Virus record (IMG/VR): IMGVR_UViG_3300035497_000162
Location: 55,731-119,730 of that record
Direction: 5' to 3' (one strand)
Length of the DNA stretch: 64,000 bases
Source of the DNA: a virus
Lineage: Duplodnaviria > Caudoviricetes
Part shown: positions 1 to 10,338 of the stretch, one piece after another
Position numbering within the stretch: position 1 is the first letter of the stretch
Layout: each line of letters starts with the position of its first letter
Position numbers and translations under genes: made by a program
Notes under the pieces: generated by a model
Seen by the model: the letters and a program-made list of their open reading frames with translations, nothing else
Told to the model about the DNA's origin: nothing
Database searches by the model: none

Positions 1-50
1 AGTAGATTCTCTATTTCCACAAATGTAGTAAAAATTATTTGCAAACTTAA

Positions 51-86
51 AAGAGTAGATTTTTATTTATCTGCTCTTTAATTTTT
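51..86 (+). terminator. Rho-independent terminator
   Basis: Hairpin AAGAGTAGAT..ATCTGCTCTT followed by T-rich tract. Confidence 0.6.
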
Positions 87-176
87 ATAGTGCCTAGATT
101 AACTAGAATCAAAATAAAGACACTTTAATATTAAAGTAATATAATTTCATTACCTAATTTAGAAAGGAGTTTAATT

Positions 177-356
177 ATGAGAGATATAGAAAGAATAGAA
201 CCTATATGTAATACAATTAAAGAAATTTGGACTGAAAATCCAGACTTAAGATTAGGTCAACTACTATGTAACGTAATACCAGAAGGATATATCTATTTTA
301 TAGAAGATGATGACCTTATTAATACTATTAAAAACTATTACAAAGGAGGAATTTAA
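177..356 (+). CDS. Small phage protein, 59 aa (MRDIERI..W..NPDLRLGQLL; DUF1040-like)
   Basis: RBS AGAAAGGAG, ATG177, TAA354-356; not in ORF track. Confidence 0.7.
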   Translation: MRDIERIEPICNTIKEIWTENPDLRLGQLLCNVIPEGYIYFIEDDDLINTIKNYYKGGI

Positions 357-357
357 T

Positions 358-957
358 ATGGATGACGTAAATCAACATAAAATTTATGTTACCTTAGGTG
401 CTAGTAATCATTGTAAAGATGATAGAGCAGACCTGGATTTTTATAATACTAACCCCGAAGCTGTAAAGGTTTTACTAAATAAACTTAAAGAAGATAACAT
501 AGAACTACACCAAACTATTTGGGAACCCGCTTGTGGTAATGGTCTTATTAGTAAAGTATTAGAAGAATATGGATATAACGTAATATCTTCAGATATAGTA
601 GAGAGAGAGTACTCAAATATGATTATTAGAGATTTTTTAACTTATAATGAACCGATGAATACTCAAGTAGATATTTTAACAAACCCACCTTATAAATATG
701 CACAACAATTCGTAGAAAAAGCTTTAAGCTTACAAGATGATGGTTATTACACTATTATGTATCTAAGAATACAGTTTTTAGAAGGTAAAGCTAGATATAA
801 ATTATTTCAAGAGTACCCACCTAAATATGTATACGTTAATTCTACTAGAAGAGGTTGTAGTAAGGATAATAATTTTAGTGGTGGTGCAGTTTGTTTTTGC
901 TGGTTTATTTGGGAGAAAGGATTTACTGGAGAACCTATAATCAGATGGCTAAAATAA
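358..957 (+). CDS. DNA amino-methyltransferase
   Basis: EPACGNG SAM motif and TNPPY catalytic motif; RBS AGGAGG before ATG358. Confidence 0.85.
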   Translation: MDDVNQHKIYVTLGASNHCKDDRADLDFYNTNPEAVKVLLNKLKEDNIELHQTIWEPACGNGLISKVLEEYGYNVISSDIVEREYSNMIIRDFLTYNEPMNTQVDILTNPPYKYAQQFVEKALSLQDDGYYTIMYLRIQFLEGKARYKLFQEYPPKYVYVNSTRRGCSKDNNFSGGAVCFCWFIWEKGFTGEPIIRWLK

Positions 958-1072
958 ATAGTCATAGAAAGTCACAGAACAATCATAGGAGCATTTTATT
1001 ATCTAAGTAATATAATTTTATACCTTAAATAATAAAATGCTCAAATTTTTAATTTAAAAGGAGGTAATAATA

Positions 1073-1705
1073 TTGTCTAATACTAAAATAAATCACTTTA
1101 TGGGAATCGATCCATCTTACAAAGGTTTTGGTTTATCTTTCATAAATTCTGAAAATAAAACTATTACTTTTAAAGAATTATCTGTTGAACTAGGTCATGG
1201 AACTTTTGCTGAAGTATGTAAAGCTTCTGAAGATATGGTCGATAAATTTCTTACAGAAGCAAAAGACTTTATTAGATGTAATGTAATGATAGGAATGGAA
1301 ATTCCTCCGGTACAAGGAATGTATGCTGTTAAGTTATGGGCTTTAGATACCCACATTTATAACTCATTAGTTTTTACTGAACCTTACTTATTTAATGTAT
1401 CATATCTAAAATTTATTAATAAAAAATATGAAGGTAAAAAAGATACTATTAATATGATAAATCAAATACTAGAATCATTTAAAGATAATGGTTACACTAT
1501 AATACAAGATTTAAAAGATAAAAAAGGTAAACCTCGTAAACTTACCTCTAATGAATGCGATAGTTTTATCTATACTATTAGAATGTTTGTTAAATACCAC
1601 TACGACAATGGAATAGAAAATCCAATGTTAGCTGAAATCATAAATATTAATGATAAATTTTTAGTAGAAAAAGAAACTTTATTAGGAAAAAAGATAGTAG
1701 ATTAA
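1073..1705 (+). CDS. RuvC-like Holliday junction resolvase
   Basis: N-terminal MGIDPS..GFGL, central E, C-terminal NECDS acidic motif. Confidence 0.7.
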   Translation: MSNTKINHFMGIDPSYKGFGLSFINSENKTITFKELSVELGHGTFAEVCKASEDMVDKFLTEAKDFIRCNVMIGMEIPPVQGMYAVKLWALDTHIYNSLVFTEPYLFNVSYLKFINKKYEGKKDTINMINQILESFKDNGYTIIQDLKDKKGKPRKLTSNECDSFIYTIRMFVKYHYDNGIENPMLAEIININDKFLVEKETLLGKKIVD

Positions 1706-1741
1706 ATATGAAAATTACAATATAAATTTATAAAATAGTAG

Positions 1742-1847
1742 CGTTCAAAAAAATACCTGACTCGTTCAAAAAAATACCTGACTCGTTCAAAAAAATACCT
1801 GACTCGTTCAAAAAAATACCTGACTCGTTCAAAAAAATACCTGACTC
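1742..1847. repeat. Five perfect tandem 21-bp repeats (CGTTCAAAAAAATACCTGACT), probable iterons of a replication origin
   Basis: Copies at 1742, 1763, 1784, 1805, 1826; followed by AT-only tract ~1908-1950 and GC hairpins at 1963-1978 and 2028-2046. Confidence 0.85.
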
Positions 1848-2230
1848 AAAAATTTTGTGTCTTGTAATCTTAGGGAGATAAGGCTTTCAAGACTTCTTAT
1901 GCTTCCGTATAAATAATATTATAAATATATATTATAAATAAAAATTATAAAGAGTGGTTATACCGAGTCGAGACTCGGATTTTTTTCACTTCTTCTTTTT
2001 CTTTTATTTTTCATTAAAATAAAATGAGTGGGAGCTTCGCTCCCACGAAAAGAATTAGTTAGAAATTAAAAATATAAAATTAAACTTTTAAAGTTAAACT
2101 TTTAAAGTTAATAGCATAATATAAATAAAGAGGTTTATTAAAATTAAAACGATGATTGTGGCGTGATATATAAACTTTATAGTAAAGTTTTACTATCAAA
2201 TAAAAATAAAGAATAAAGGAGATTACAATT

Positions 2231-3025
2231 ATGAAAAATGAAGGACTTAGTATTCCATATTTTATTTTAAACAAAAGAGAATTTAACTCAACAGATAAAA
2301 TAGTATTAGGATTTTTAATAAAAAATAATAATAAAAGGGATTATTATACTATAAAAGATTTAATAAAATTTACTTCTTTACCAAGATTAACTTTATTAAG
2401 AAGTTTAGAAAAATTAAATAAGATACAAATTATTTATTTTAATAAAAATGATGAATCTTGTTATATTGACATTAATTATGAGATTAATAGAATTCAATTA
2501 TATAAAATATTAAAAGATAAATATAAAAAATTATATATTCCTAGGAATATTTTATTTAATAAAGATTTAACTAGTACAGAAAAATTAATACTATCTTATC
2601 TAACAGCATTTGAAAGAAGTAAAAAGAATTGTTTTACTAGAAATAAAACTATTTTAGAAACTTTAGGAATTAGTAAATCAGTATTAAATAAATCTATAGA
2701 AAAGTTTAAATCTTTAGGTTTAATTGGTGTTCAAGGAAAAAATGATAAGTATAATTGTAATAGAGTTATTAAAGCAGATTTAGATAAAATACATAATTAT
2801 TATGAAAATGTAAAAATAGGTAAAATTGAAACTGAAGAGGTTAATATAGAAACTGTTGATAATATTAATGAATTAAAAACTAAAATTATGAATATTAATA
2901 CTATGAAAGCTGAAAATAATGTAGAAATTAAATTACCTGATAATATTACCATTGAAGATGTGGAATTTCTAATGAATAAATTAAAAGATAATTTTAATTT
3001 AAATAGTTTTAGTTTGAGATTATAA
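2231..3025 (+). CDS. Tandem winged-HTH protein, putative replication initiator
   Basis: Two repeats of IP..IL.N..L.STEK.IL..L plus HTH; adjacent to iterons. Confidence 0.6.
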   Translation: MKNEGLSIPYFILNKREFNSTDKIVLGFLIKNNNKRDYYTIKDLIKFTSLPRLTLLRSLEKLNKIQIIYFNKNDESCYIDINYEINRIQLYKILKDKYKKLYIPRNILFNKDLTSTEKLILSYLTAFERSKKNCFTRNKTILETLGISKSVLNKSIEKFKSLGLIGVQGKNDKYNCNRVIKADLDKIHNYYENVKIGKIETEEVNIETVDNINELKTKIMNINTMKAENNVEIKLPDNITIEDVEFLMNKLKDNFNLNSFSLRL

Positions 3026-3179
3026 TTTTAGATATACGAAATTGGAATGTGAATATATCTATTTTCACTTTTAATATTAAAGTAATGAAATTATATTACT
3101 TAATATATAAAGTGTCTTAAAAACTTATTCTAATACTTTATAAAAAATAAACATATTATAATTATAAGGAGATGATATT

Positions 3180-4496
3180 ATGGCAAAAGAAATAAAATCT
3201 ATAGAAGATTTATCTTCTGAGTTTAATTTATGGAATGAAGAGCCAAAAATAGTGAAATTAAAAAATCCAATATTAAATGGAATGTTTCATGGAGGATTAC
3301 CTCTAGGTAGTGTTATACAAATAGCTGCTCAATCTGGAGTAGGTAAATCTACTTTAGCTATACAAATTTCTAAGGAACTGTGTGAACTTGGATATAAAGT
3401 ATCTTATATAGATGCAGAAAAGGGTTTAAACGTAAACATGTTAAAATCTACTGGTATTTATAAATTCGTACATAGTAAAAATAATCCAGATGGAACTTTT
3501 TCTATACTTAGAATAAATGATTGTACCCAAGTAAACCTTGCTATACAACAGTTAAGTAATAATAAATTAGTAGATGTAGTAATACTAGATAGTTTAGGTT
3601 CATTAGATTCTGGTTTATATAAAGAAGGTGGAGTAGAAGCTGATAATCCTAAAGTAGGAGCTGATACTAAAAGTTTAAAGATTATTATGAAAACTATGAA
3701 TTCTATGGCTATAAGTAATAATACTACTTTTATTTTTATAAATCATTTAGCTCAGTCTATAGGTACTTATATACCTACAGAAAGCCCTACAGGGGGTAGA
3801 GCCCCTATTTATCTTTCTGACATTATAATAAAGCTAACTAAAAAATCTAGTGATTTTGAAAAATTAAGACTAGGACAGAAAGTAGAATATGAAGCTATGA
3901 AATCTAGATTTGGTCCTGGAAAGTCTAAAATGCCTTTTTATATTTTCTATGGCCAAGGTATTTGTTTAGCTCCTACTTATCGAGAATTTATAGACCAAGT
4001 AGATACTATTTATAAAGGTAAACCTCATAAATTAGTAGAATTAAGAGGTGCTGGTAACGGCTCTATGTTTATTAATGATGAAGAAGTTAAATTTAGAGGC
4101 GAAAACCAACTTATGAATTTAATAGGTAAAAATTTAAAAGAAATTATGAGGATTGTTCCAGAAGATGTATTTATTGTAAAACCTCCAGAATTACCTGATT
4201 ATATAAAGTCTAGTATAGATACTGAAAAAGCTGTTTATAATGAATTAGAATTACCAGATAAATTTAAAGATTTAGAAATATTATATAGTAGTGGTACTAA
4301 AGTATATTTTCATAAAGGAATAGATCCTACAGGTCAAGAATATAGTTTATCTTATGATATAGCTAAGGATAAACTAATACTAAATATGGATGGTATAGAA
4401 GATACTATTAAATCTCCTAGTAAAGAAGATTATAATAGTAATTTAGAAGTACTTAATAATTATTTGGATAAAACTAAAAAAGAAATGGAGTCTTAG
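3180..4496 (+). CDS. recA: RecA/UvsX-like recombinase
   Basis: GGLPLG, Walker A AQSGVGKS, YIDAE, VILDS, FINH, PTGG motifs. Confidence 0.9.
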   Translation: MAKEIKSIEDLSSEFNLWNEEPKIVKLKNPILNGMFHGGLPLGSVIQIAAQSGVGKSTLAIQISKELCELGYKVSYIDAEKGLNVNMLKSTGIYKFVHSKNNPDGTFSILRINDCTQVNLAIQQLSNNKLVDVVILDSLGSLDSGLYKEGGVEADNPKVGADTKSLKIIMKTMNSMAISNNTTFIFINHLAQSIGTYIPTESPTGGRAPIYLSDIIIKLTKKSSDFEKLRLGQKVEYEAMKSRFGPGKSKMPFYIFYGQGICLAPTYREFIDQVDTIYKGKPHKLVELRGAGNGSMFINDEEVKFRGENQLMNLIGKNLKEIMRIVPEDVFIVKPPELPDYIKSSIDTEKAVYNELELPDKFKDLEILYSSGTKVYFHKGIDPTGQEYSLSYDIAKDKLILNMDGIEDTIKSPSKEDYNSNLEVLNNYLDKTKKEMES

Positions 4497-4622
4497 AATT
4501 ATAATTTAGATATATGAAATTTTAATCAGAATGAAGATATAGACATTTTAATATTAAAGTAATGAAATTATATTACTTAGTATATAAAGCGTCTTAAAAT
4601 TCATTCTAATAAGGAGTAATTT

Positions 4623-5810
4623 ATGAATTTTAAAGTAAACATAAAAGATTATCAAATTATCAAAAAAGCATCTTTAGAGTTTATACCAGGGCTTAATGTA
4701 ATAGTAGGTCCTAGTAATAATGGAAAATCTAGTATTTTGAAAGCTATAAAAGCTTGTATTTATACTGTACCTGGAGCTAATCCTATTAGGGCAGGACAAA
4801 ATCAATACTTAGTAGGTATAGAATATAATGGTCATACTGTAATATTACAAAAAGGACTTAAAGAGTCCGTTTATATAGTAGATGGAGAAAAGTATACTAA
4901 ATATGGAACTACTACTCCAAAGGTTGTATCAGATGCTTTAGGTTTAAAGGAGTTAGTATTAAATAATAATAAAGAAATATTAAATTATTGGAATCAGATG
5001 GATTATCCTTTTTTAATAGACAGAACTTCAGTGGAGTTATTTAGGTTTATAGTAGACTCTGGAGAAAATGATAGAGTATCAGATGCTTTAAAAAGCATGG
5101 TATCTGATAGGCAGTCTATTTCAAAAGATATTAATTTAATTCAAGGTGGTATAGATACTGTAGACTTAGAAATTAAGTCTTATAAGGACAAATTAGATAA
5201 ATCTAAAGAAATTATTGATACGTGTAATAGTATTATAAAATTACAACCTTTGGTAGCTAAATTAAACTTAATGAAAAATATTAAGGAGTCTTGCTCTAAA
5301 ATATTATCAGATTTATCTAAAACAAATGAAGAATTAGTTAAAAAATCTAATATTTTAGATATTTATACTAATTTCAATAAATCTATTACAGGAAATAATA
5401 ATAAATATTGTGCTTTAGTAGATAAATTTAATATATTACGTTCTATTATAGAAAATTTATCTACTGTAGAATCTAAAATTAATTCATTAAAAATTATTTT
5501 AAGCTTATCTTCAATAGACACATCAGGATTAAATTTAAGGAAAGAAATTTTAAATAAGATAAATTATATTAATAATGAATTAAAATCTCTTAAATCTCAA
5601 CCTAGTGCTAAATTTGATATATCTAATGATACTATTGAAAGGTATTTTAATTTAAAAAATATAAAAGATAAATTAATAGATTTTGATAATCAAAAAATAA
5701 GATTAGAAGATAGTAAATTAAATTGTGATAATAGCATAGAATTATATAAGGAATTAAAATTACTTTTTGATTTTTGCCCTTATTGTGGTAGTGGGCTATC
5801 AACTACCTAA
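4623..5810 (+). CDS. Rad50/SbcC (gp46-like) N-terminal half: ATPase, coiled coil, zinc hook
   Basis: Walker A GPSNNGKSS, coiled coil, terminal CPYCG hook. Confidence 0.85.
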   Translation: MNFKVNIKDYQIIKKASLEFIPGLNVIVGPSNNGKSSILKAIKACIYTVPGANPIRAGQNQYLVGIEYNGHTVILQKGLKESVYIVDGEKYTKYGTTTPKVVSDALGLKELVLNNNKEILNYWNQMDYPFLIDRTSVELFRFIVDSGENDRVSDALKSMVSDRQSISKDINLIQGGIDTVDLEIKSYKDKLDKSKEIIDTCNSIIKLQPLVAKLNLMKNIKESCSKILSDLSKTNEELVKKSNILDIYTNFNKSITGNNNKYCALVDKFNILRSIIENLSTVESKINSLKIILSLSSIDTSGLNLRKEILNKINYINNELKSLKSQPSAKFDISNDTIERYFNLKNIKDKLIDFDNQKIRLEDSKLNCDNSIELYKELKLLFDFCPYCGSGLSTT

Positions 5811-5852
5811 AGGAAAGAACAAAGAATTTAAATCACTAGGGTTTGAATTAAA

Positions 5853-5910
5853 TGAAGTGGTTTATACCTTGTAATAAAACTATTGCGGTAATGAACTTTA
5901 TTAAAAGAAA
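5853..5910 (+). repeat. Internally deleted copy of the scaffold-repeat cassette plus guide-like flank
   Basis: TGAAGTGGTTTATACCTT (scaffold 5' end) joined to GTAATAAAAC (repeat 3' end), then TATTGCGGTAATGAACTTTATTAA = YCGNELY*. Confidence 0.65.
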
Positions 5911-5919
5911 GGAGATATT

Positions 5920-6225
5920 ATGTATTTAGAAACTTTAATTAGTAAATCTAAAGAAGAAATGAAACCTTGGTTAGATTCTATTTCAGATTCTGAAAAGAAA
6001 ATTTTATTTTCTGAAATAGAACAGAAAAAGAAATCTGCTGAGGAAGAATTTATTAGAATTGAAACTACTAAGAAAAAACTAGAGGAAGATGAACAAGAAC
6101 AAATGCAAAAATTATCTGAACTTGGAATTTTTTCTTATGTGGATTTAGAAACTGAAATTAAAAAGTTAGAAGATAGTATTAATGAAGAGCTTATAAAATA
6201 TGCAGAAATATTGAAAGGAGAATAG
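5920..6225 (+). CDS. Coiled-coil protein, probably middle segment of split Rad50
   Basis: Highly charged heptads, lies between the two ATPase halves. Confidence 0.55.
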   Translation: MYLETLISKSKEEMKPWLDSISDSEKKILFSEIEQKKKSAEEEFIRIETTKKKLEEDEQEQMQKLSELGIFSYVDLETEIKKLEDSINEELIKYAEILKGE

Positions 6226-6226
6226 C

Positions 6227-6865
6227 ATGATAGATAATTATAATGCTTTATATAATAAGGCTATTCAAATTAAAAGTAAATATGATACTATTCAAAATCA
6301 GTTAGATAATAGGATAGAATACAAAAAAGAACTTGTAAATAAGCTAGAAGATACTATACATACACAAACTACTTATGAAAAAGCAATATCTTACATGAAA
6401 GAAATTATAGATGCTTTATCTAGAACTCATATAAATCATTTAGAAAAATTATTAAATTCAGCAGTAGAAACTATATTTTTTGATAAAGTTTATAGAATAG
6501 AGTTTGAAGTATCAGAATATAGAAATTCAAACAATCTCACTATCTATCTTATAGAAACTTTAGAAGATGGGTCAGAAATTAAAACAGATATAAAAGATAA
6601 TGGATTTGGTATTAAAACAATAATAGGTTTTATACTTCAAGTATATTTTATCATCTACAATAAGTTAAGCCCTATATTATTTATAGACGAGGGATTTTCT
6701 TCTCTCAGTCAAGTATATATACCTTATTTAAAAAGCTTATTAGATTCTTTAAAAGAAAAATATGGTTTTATATTTGTTTTAGTAGCTCATGACCCTAGAT
6801 TTATAGATTTAGCAGATAAAACATATGAAGTAAAGAATGGTGAAGTAAAACTTAAAATATTATAG
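6227..6865 (+). CDS. Rad50/SbcC C-terminal half (Walker B ATPase)
   Basis: LFIDEGFSSL Walker B/D-loop, VAHD H-loop. Confidence 0.85.
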   Translation: MIDNYNALYNKAIQIKSKYDTIQNQLDNRIEYKKELVNKLEDTIHTQTTYEKAISYMKEIIDALSRTHINHLEKLLNSAVETIFFDKVYRIEFEVSEYRNSNNLTIYLIETLEDGSEIKTDIKDNGFGIKTIIGFILQVYFIIYNKLSPILFIDEGFSSLSQVYIPYLKSLLDSLKEKYGFIFVLVAHDPRFIDLADKTYEVKNGEVKLKIL

Positions 6866-6882
6866 AGAGGATATGTTAAATT

Positions 6883-9014
6883 ATGACTTATGAAGAATTA
6901 ATACAAAAAGAACAAGACCGACAAGATAATAATGTAGAATTAATCGCTAGTGAAAATTTTTGTAGTAAAAGAATAAGAGAAGCTTGTGGTAGTATATTAA
7001 CCAATAAGTATTCAGAGCGGTTATCCAGGAAAGAGATATTATGGTGGTTGTAAATATATAGATGAAATAGAATCTAAGGTAATAGAAGATGCTTGTAAAT
7101 TATTTAATTGTAAATATGCTAATGTTCAACCTCATTGTGGTAGTTCAGCTAATCAAGCTGTATTTAGAGCTTTTTTAAATTATGGAGATACTGTACTTAG
7201 TATGAATTTAGGAGCTGGAGGTTTGTGTTAGACTGGCTTCCCTAGTATAGTGATATACTAGACAATAACCCAGAATATGCTGGAATCCCCTGAGAGCTTA
7301 AATTAGTAGTTACTATTAGAAATTTTAGTAATATCTGAAAATATTTAAGATTGGGCAATCAGCAGAGATAGACCTAAGTTCTTTGTGGAATATGGTAAGC
7401 TCTCAACGACTATCAATGGGTAACTTTAAAATTAAGGAGGAAATATGTATATTTACTCAATTAGTGATAGTAGAAATAATATTTATATTGGTAAAACAAG
7501 TAATATAAAGAATAGAATTTATACACATAAATCTAAGTCTAAATATAGTAATACAAAGCTATATAGATGGATAAGAAATGTAGGTTGGAGCACTTTAAAA
7601 GTAACTAAAATTTGTGAGTGTTCAATGGAAGAATCATTTAATTTGGAAATAGAATATATTAAACTCTATGAAAGTAAAGGATTTAATTTATTAAATGAAC
7701 AGCATAATAGTCAATATGAACCTGCATTAAATTTTAATAAAAGGATTTTTAATAAAGATGAAATCTGGAAAGATTATTTAAACGGCAAAGGTAGAGTAGA
7801 AATTTGTTTAAGTTATGGAATATCAGATTCTATGTTGTCTAAAATAATTTCAGAAAATGGCGGAATTAACAGAATTAGCAAATTAGAGCCATACTTTAAA
7901 GAAATACAAGATAGTATAATACAAGGTGTTCCAATTAGGAAACTTGCTAGAAAATATAATGTGTGTAAAAATTCAATATCAAATATAAATAAGGGCATAA
8001 CTGCATATGACCCAAACTTAAATTATCCCTTAAATAAAAGTTAAAGGTATAGTCTGCTCTTATACAAAAGTATAAGCTAACAAAATGCACTTAACACATG
8101 GTCACAAAATGTCATTTAGTGGACAAGATTATAATATTATATCATATGGATTAGATAAAGATGGTATTATTAATTATAATGATTTTGTTACTAAATTGTA
8201 CGAATATAATCCAAAGATAGTAATTATTGGAGCTAGTTCATATTCTAGAATAATAGACTATAAATTCTTTAAAAATATATTAGATAAATATAAAGAGGAT
8301 AAAGGAGAATGTCCTATATACTTTGTTGATATGGCTCATGTTGCTGGATTAGTTGCAGCTGGAGTACATCCTAATCCTTGTGATTATGCTGATGTAGTAA
8401 CTTCAACTACTCATAAAACCTTGAGAGGACCACGCGGAGGTTTAATTTTAACTAATAATGAAGAATATATAAAGAAGATTAATAAAGCTGTATTCCCAGG
8501 TATACAAGGAGGTCCACTTGAACATATTATAGCAGCTAAAGGAATTTGTTTTGAAGAAGCAATGACTGATTATTTCAAGGAATATGGAAAACAAGTAATT
8601 AAAAATGCAAAAGCTTTTTCAGATTCTTTTAAAGAGCTAGGTTGGAAAATAATATCAGGTGGAACAGATAATCATATGTTTATATTAGATGTTTATAATT
8701 CAACTGAGAGAAAATTAACAGGTAAACAAGCAGAAACAGCTTTAGATGAAATTAATATTACAGTTAATAAAAATCAAATACCAAATGATTCATTACCACC
8801 TTTAAAATCTTCTGGAATAAGAATAGGAACTCCAGCTATGACCACTAAAGGATGGAAAGAAAAAGAATTTAAAGATTTAGCTATTATTATAGATGAATAT
8901 TTAAAATATTGTATTAAAGAAGAACTTGTAGATGTAACAATTATAAATAGTTATAAAGAAAAAGTATCTAGTATAATTAGAAGAGTAAATATGAGAGAGG
9001 ATAATTGGAATTAG
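6883..9014 (+). CDS. glyA: Serine hydroxymethyltransferase, join(6883..7017,7019..7222,8088..9014), ~421 aa; one +1 shift at CGG and one intron
   Basis: [32 protein letters not shown]|[26 protein letters not shown]. Confidence 0.93.
7223..8087 (+). mobile_element. Group I intron in glyA
   Basis: Exon ends in T (GGT), intron ends in G; P/Q/R/S-like cores ATGCTGGAA, AATCAGCAG, TCAACGACTA, AAGGTATAGTCT; splicing restores GG-HLTHG. Confidence 0.92.
7445..8044 (+). CDS. Intron-encoded GIY-YIG homing endonuclease
   Basis: YIY..IYIGKT..R..E..LLN, C-terminal HTH motifs; between intron R and S elements. Confidence 0.88.
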   Translation: MYIYSISDSRNNIYIGKTSNIKNRIYTHKSKSKYSNTKLYRWIRNVGWSTLKVTKICECSMEESFNLEIEYIKLYESKGFNLLNEQHNSQYEPALNFNKRIFNKDEIWKDYLNGKGRVEICLSYGISDSMLSKIISENGGINRISKLEPYFKEIQDSIIQGVPIRKLARKYNVCKNSISNINKGITAYDPNLNYPLNKS

Positions 9015-9023
9015 GAGTATAAT

Positions 9024-9662
9024 ATGGAGAATAATATTTTTAGTAGAGAAGAAATTAGAAGATTAGAAAAAGCAGCTAAAGATAAAAATAAACAGAAATT
9101 ATTAGACTGGGCAATTAGTTATGATGACCAATTAAGAAAGGAATATGATAAAGCATTTAAAGACGAACTTAAAGATTCAATAGATAATTTTTGTACAGCT
9201 ATTGCCTATACAGCTAGATTTAGTGAAACCTCACATTTAAGTAAAAAGAAGATTCCTGAATTTATGGAAGATTTATTCTCTACTATAGATATGTTCAGAC
9301 TTGGAGAATATCTACCCAAGGAATATGAAGAAGAGCTACTTAAATGTGGTATAAAGGATATAAATTATCATGTAAAAGATAGAAAGTATAAAACATTATA
9401 TATCTGTGCTGATATGAACTATACAGGACAAGATGAAATAATAAGTATATATACAGAGCTATCTGAAAAATATATTTGTTTATTACCTACATTTTTGGAT
9501 ATAGAGCCTGAAAATATATTAGAAGAGAAAATTAAAATGTCTAATACAGTTTATGTACTCAATGATATGATTATTTCAGACCCAATGAAATATCAGATAG
9601 AATATGCTAAAAAATTAAGAAAAACTATTATATATTATAAGGAGGTAGACGATGGGAACTGA
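9024..9662 (+). CDS. Hypothetical protein
   Basis: ORF with RBS, coupled to next gene. Confidence 0.7.
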   Translation: MENNIFSREEIRRLEKAAKDKNKQKLLDWAISYDDQLRKEYDKAFKDELKDSIDNFCTAIAYTARFSETSHLSKKKIPEFMEDLFSTIDMFRLGEYLPKEYEEELLKCGIKDINYHVKDRKYKTLYICADMNYTGQDEIISIYTELSEKYICLLPTFLDIEPENILEEKIKMSNTVYVLNDMIISDPMKYQIEYAKKLRKTIIYYKEVDDGN

Positions 9663-10338
9663 GCTAATATGCACTTTGTGTAATACTGGTATACAGGGAG
9701 ATGAAAAAGGAACTTTTATTTTCTGTGAATGCGGAGCATGTTATATAGACCAAACTAAATACTATACTAGAATTGGAGGAGACCCTAGAAATATATTAAT
9801 AAAAGAAAATGGAGAGTATGTTCCTATGACTTCTGTTAATGAATTAGAAGAAAAGCCTAATAAGAATAGAATAGATATACATAATTACTACTTAGAAATC
9901 GCAGAATCTGTAGCTAGAAAAAGCACTTGTCTAAAGAGAGCTTATGGAGCTGTTATAGTTAATAATAAAGAAATAATAAGTACAGGATATAATGGCAGCC
10001 CTAGAGGTATTAAATCATGTTTAGATACTGGAAAATGTTTAAGAAAAAACTCTTATAGAGGTACAGACTATTCTAATTGTTTATCCTGTCATGCTGAACA
10101 AAATGCTATTATCTCTGCAAGTAGAAGAGATATGATAGGAGGTACTTTATATCTTACAGGCATAGATATTTCTAATGAGAAAGAATCTTATATAGATAAT
10201 CCATCTCCATGTAGTTTATGTAAAATAATGATTATAAATGCTGGAATAGAAAGTGTAATAATAAGATTAAATAGTAAAAATTACATAGAATATAAAGTAT
10301 CAGATTGGACTGAACAAGATTTGATTGGAGGTTATTAA
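9652..10338 (+). CDS. dCMP deaminase with N-terminal Cys-rich extension
   Basis: STGYNG, CHAEQNA, PCSLC zinc deaminase motifs. Confidence 0.9.
   Translation: MGTELICTLCNTGIQGDEKGTFIFCECGACYIDQTKYYTRIGGDPRNILIKENGEYVPMTSVNELEEKPNKNRIDIHNYYLEIAESVARKSTCLKRAYGAVIVNNKEIISTGYNGSPRGIKSCLDTGKCLRKNSYRGTDYSNCLSCHAEQNAIISASRRDMIGGTLYLTGIDISNEKESYIDNPSPCSLCKIMIINAGIESVIIRLNSKNYIEYKVSDWTEQDLIGGY

Noticed and set aside
1073-1705. RuvC-fold ORF as the effector of the guide cassettes
   Set aside because: 210 aa, resolvase-like layout, no zinc finger or recognition lobe, located among recombination genes
8085-8087. ATG as start of a stand-alone SHMT
   Set aside because: No RBS; the G is the intron's terminal G and the N-terminal third of SHMT is upstream
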